A program made the translations under genes and the position numbers. A stretch of 64,000 nt of DNA, taken from positions 26,693 to 90,692 of the forward strand of contig JAKBAA010000001.1 of NCBI GenBank assembly GCA_021809425.1, in the 5' to 3' direction. This DNA comes from Actinomycetes bacterium (GTDB taxonomy: Bacteria > Actinomycetota > Acidimicrobiia > Acidimicrobiales > Bog-793). Position 1 is the stretch's first letter. Each line of letters starts with the position of its first letter. Shown one piece after another: positions 62,252 to 64,000 of the stretch. Under the pieces are notes generated by a model, which searched no databases, was not told where the DNA came from, and worked only from the letters and a program-made list of their open reading frames with translations.

Positions 62252-64000
62252 TCAGCGGCGCTCGGCCACCCGGCTGCCCACGAGGACGCCGACCGGCAGC
62301 TCGCCGAGCGCCTCGGCGACCGCCAGCCTGCGGCCGTGGCAGGACACCTCCCGGCCGGACAGCACCTCCCGCCAGCGGCCCGGTGCACCGGCCGGCAGCT
62401 CGAGGGCGGTGTGGCTGAAGCTCGCCCCGCTCGGCAGGTCGCCCGGGTCGGCCTCGAGGCGGCCGGCGAGGCGGGTGGTGACGGCGAGCACCACCCCGCC
62501 GGCACGGCCGACGCGCAGGAAGGCGACGGCGCTGCCCGCCTGCGGGCCCTCGGCGGCGACGGCGTGGTACCCGGCATCGGGCGCCAGGGCGTCCGGGGCG
62601 ATCCGGCGGGCGGAGAGGCTGCGGGAGGTCACCAGCAGCTTGATGGCGCCGTCACGCCACGATCGCCGTAGCCCGGCCACGGCACCGGGCAGGGGCGGAT
62701 CGAGCGCCGCGACCCGGGCGGCGAGCGCCGTCAGGTGCGCCTCGTCCACCGGCCGCCGGTTGTCGGGGTCGACGAGCGACAGCTGCCAGGCCTCGTCGCC
62801 CTCGTAGCAGTCGGGCGTCCCGGGCAGGGTTGCCCGCAGCACGACGCCCGCCAGCGAGGCGACGGCCCCGAGCCGGGCAACCTCGTCGACGAGCGAGCCG
62901 AACGCCGCCCGCACGAGCCGCCCGTCCTCGGCGAGGGCAGCCGCGGCGAGGCGTCGCAGCCCGTCCTCGTACGCCACGTCGGGTGTCGTCCACGACGACC
63001 GTTGCTTCCCCTCCCGGGCGCCCTTCACGAGGGCCTCGCCGACCCGCTCGCCGAGGTCGCCTCTGCCCGCCCCACCCCCTCCGTCCTGGCCGGCGGCCGG
63101 CAGCACGCCGAGGCAGAGCTGGGCGAGCGTACGCGTGAGGGTCGCCTCACCGGCCGGGTCGGGCACCGACCCGTCGCCGGGGGGTACGGCGTGGGCGAGG
63201 TGGCGGCGGAAGGCGCCGAGGCCCTCCTCGAAGGCGTCGACCCGCTCGGTCAGCGCGTAGAGCCTCGCTCGGACGTCGCCGGAGCGCTTCGTGTCGTGGG
63301 TGGACGAGGGGACCAGCCCGGCGCGGCCGTCGGCGGCCCGCTCGGCGGCGCGCAGATGGAGGCGGGCCACCCCGTCCCGCCGGTCGCGGGCCGGGTCGCC
63401 GCCGACCTCGCAGAAGGCGAGCGGGCCCGCCAGGCGGTACCAGGCGGTGTCCTCCACCCCCTTCGCCATGACGGCGCCCATCAGCTGCTGGAGGGCGAGC
63501 GTCGCCGTCAGGCGGCCCGGGTCGAGGAGCGCCCCGACGACCTGCTCGGCCTGGGCGGCGGCGCCGGCGGCCCCGAGCACCTCGAGGTCCTCCGGCGCCA
63601 CCGCCGGGGCGGAGCCCACCCGCGCCGGCATGGCGAGGTAGGTGCGGTAGACGGGTAGGTGGGCGAGCAGCGCCCCGAGGCCGTCCGGGTCGACGTCGAG
63701 CGCCCGGGCGAGCCGGTCGAGCTCACCGGGGAAGTGCTCGCCGACGACGAGGCGGCGGCCGGCATCGGTGGCCTCGGCGACGGCGGGGTCACCGTCGACC
63801 CGTCCGGCGGCGACGAGCCGGGCGTAGCCGTCCGGGTCGACGAGGGCGCCGCCGACGTCGTCGATCACCTCGTAGCCGGTCGTGCCGCGCACCGGCCAGA
63901 TCCGGCGGAGGCGCTCGTCGCCGGTGAGGATCTTCTCGACCACGATCGGCAGCCCGGTCGCCGACTGCAGTCGGCGAAGGTAGGCGGCCGGCTCGCGCAG
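62252..64000 (-). CDS. treY: malto-oligosyltrehalose synthase (partial; the N-terminus lies beyond the window end)
   Basis: The segments VVEKIL..E.L...WPV.GTTGY and STHDTKRS match TreY. The frame stays open upstream of the track's start at 63943, right to base 64000 (..LREPAAYLRRLQSATGLPIVVEKIL). Confidence 0.85.
   Translation of the reverse strand: MREPAAYLRRLQSATGLPIVVEKILTGDERLRRIWPVRGTTGYEVIDDVGGALVDPDGYARLVAAGRVDGDPAVAEATDAGRRLVVGEHFPGELDRLARALDVDPDGLGALLAHLPVYRTYLAMPARVGSAPAVAPEDLEVLGAAGAAAQAEQVVGALLDPGRLTATLALQQLMGAVMAKGVEDTAWYRLAGPLAFCEVGGDPARDRRDGVARLHLRAAERAADGRAGLVPSSTHDTKRSGDVRARLYALTERVDAFEEGLGAFRRHLAHAVPPGDGSVPDPAGEATLTRTLAQLCLGVLPAAGQDGGGGAGRGDLGERVGEALVKGAREGKQRSSWTTPDVAYEDGLRRLAAAALAEDGRLVRAAFGSLVDEVARLGAVASLAGVVLRATLPGTPDCYEGDEAWQLSLVDPDNRRPVDEAHLTALAARVAALDPPLPGAVAGLRRSWRDGAIKLLVTSRSLSARRIAPDALAPDAGYHAVAAEGPQAGSAVAFLRVGRAGGVVLAVTTRLAGRLEADPGDLPSGASFSHTALELPAGAPGRWREVLSGREVSCHGRRLAVAEALGELPVGVLVGSRVAERR

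Noticed and set aside
62252-63943. Start of treY at the track's first codon (63943).
   Set aside because: The residue is an internal Val (..GLPIVVEKIL..), and the frame remains open to the window edge. TreY proteins are about 200 or more residues longer, so the gene is reported as partial.

Overview
Very GC-rich (by eye about 70% or more; not computed), actinobacterial-type chromosomal segment. It is densely coding on both strands, with about 60 genes. I found no rRNA, tRNA, transposase, integrase, phage gene or CRISPR array. Many of the longest ORFs in the six-frame track (up to about 1,490 aa) are stop-codon-poor artefacts. I called real genes from recognisable protein motifs, Shine-Dalgarno sequences and 4-nt start/stop overlaps, and trimmed many starts accordingly.

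Recognisable content:
- Aminoacyl-tRNA synthetases and carbohydrate genes: valS, cysS, ppsA, gnd, glgX, treY (partial).
- thiE-thiD behind a TPP riboswitch.
- uxaC plus a mannitol-dehydrogenase-family gene.
- A cold-shock gene and a photolyase.
- Two DHA2 MFS pumps and two DedA proteins.
- Several DUF proteins.

Most interesting:
1. A translationally coupled operon: FAD/NAD(P)-binding protein, ATP-grasp ligase, MetA, MetY (36508-41954).
2. A second ATP-grasp ligase coupled to a CCAEP-tail radical SAM enzyme, flanked by DUF169 and an Nfu-type Fe-S protein (9731-13933).
3. An SDR / FAD-oxidoreductase / DUF1365 / Cfa-like cluster that resembles furan-fatty-acid genes. It sits next to a CarH-like B12 photoreceptor regulator carrying the W-x9-EH motif.
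4. An NRAMP homologue with both metal-binding motifs altered.
5. A MoaD/ThiS-like Gly-Gly protein coupled to a BNR beta-propeller through an apparent CTG start.
6. A G-quadruplex-capable 8-nt repeat array between two genes.
7. Many short tandem repeats that insert low-complexity tracts into otherwise conserved proteins.

All family assignments come from reading the translations. No database search was run.
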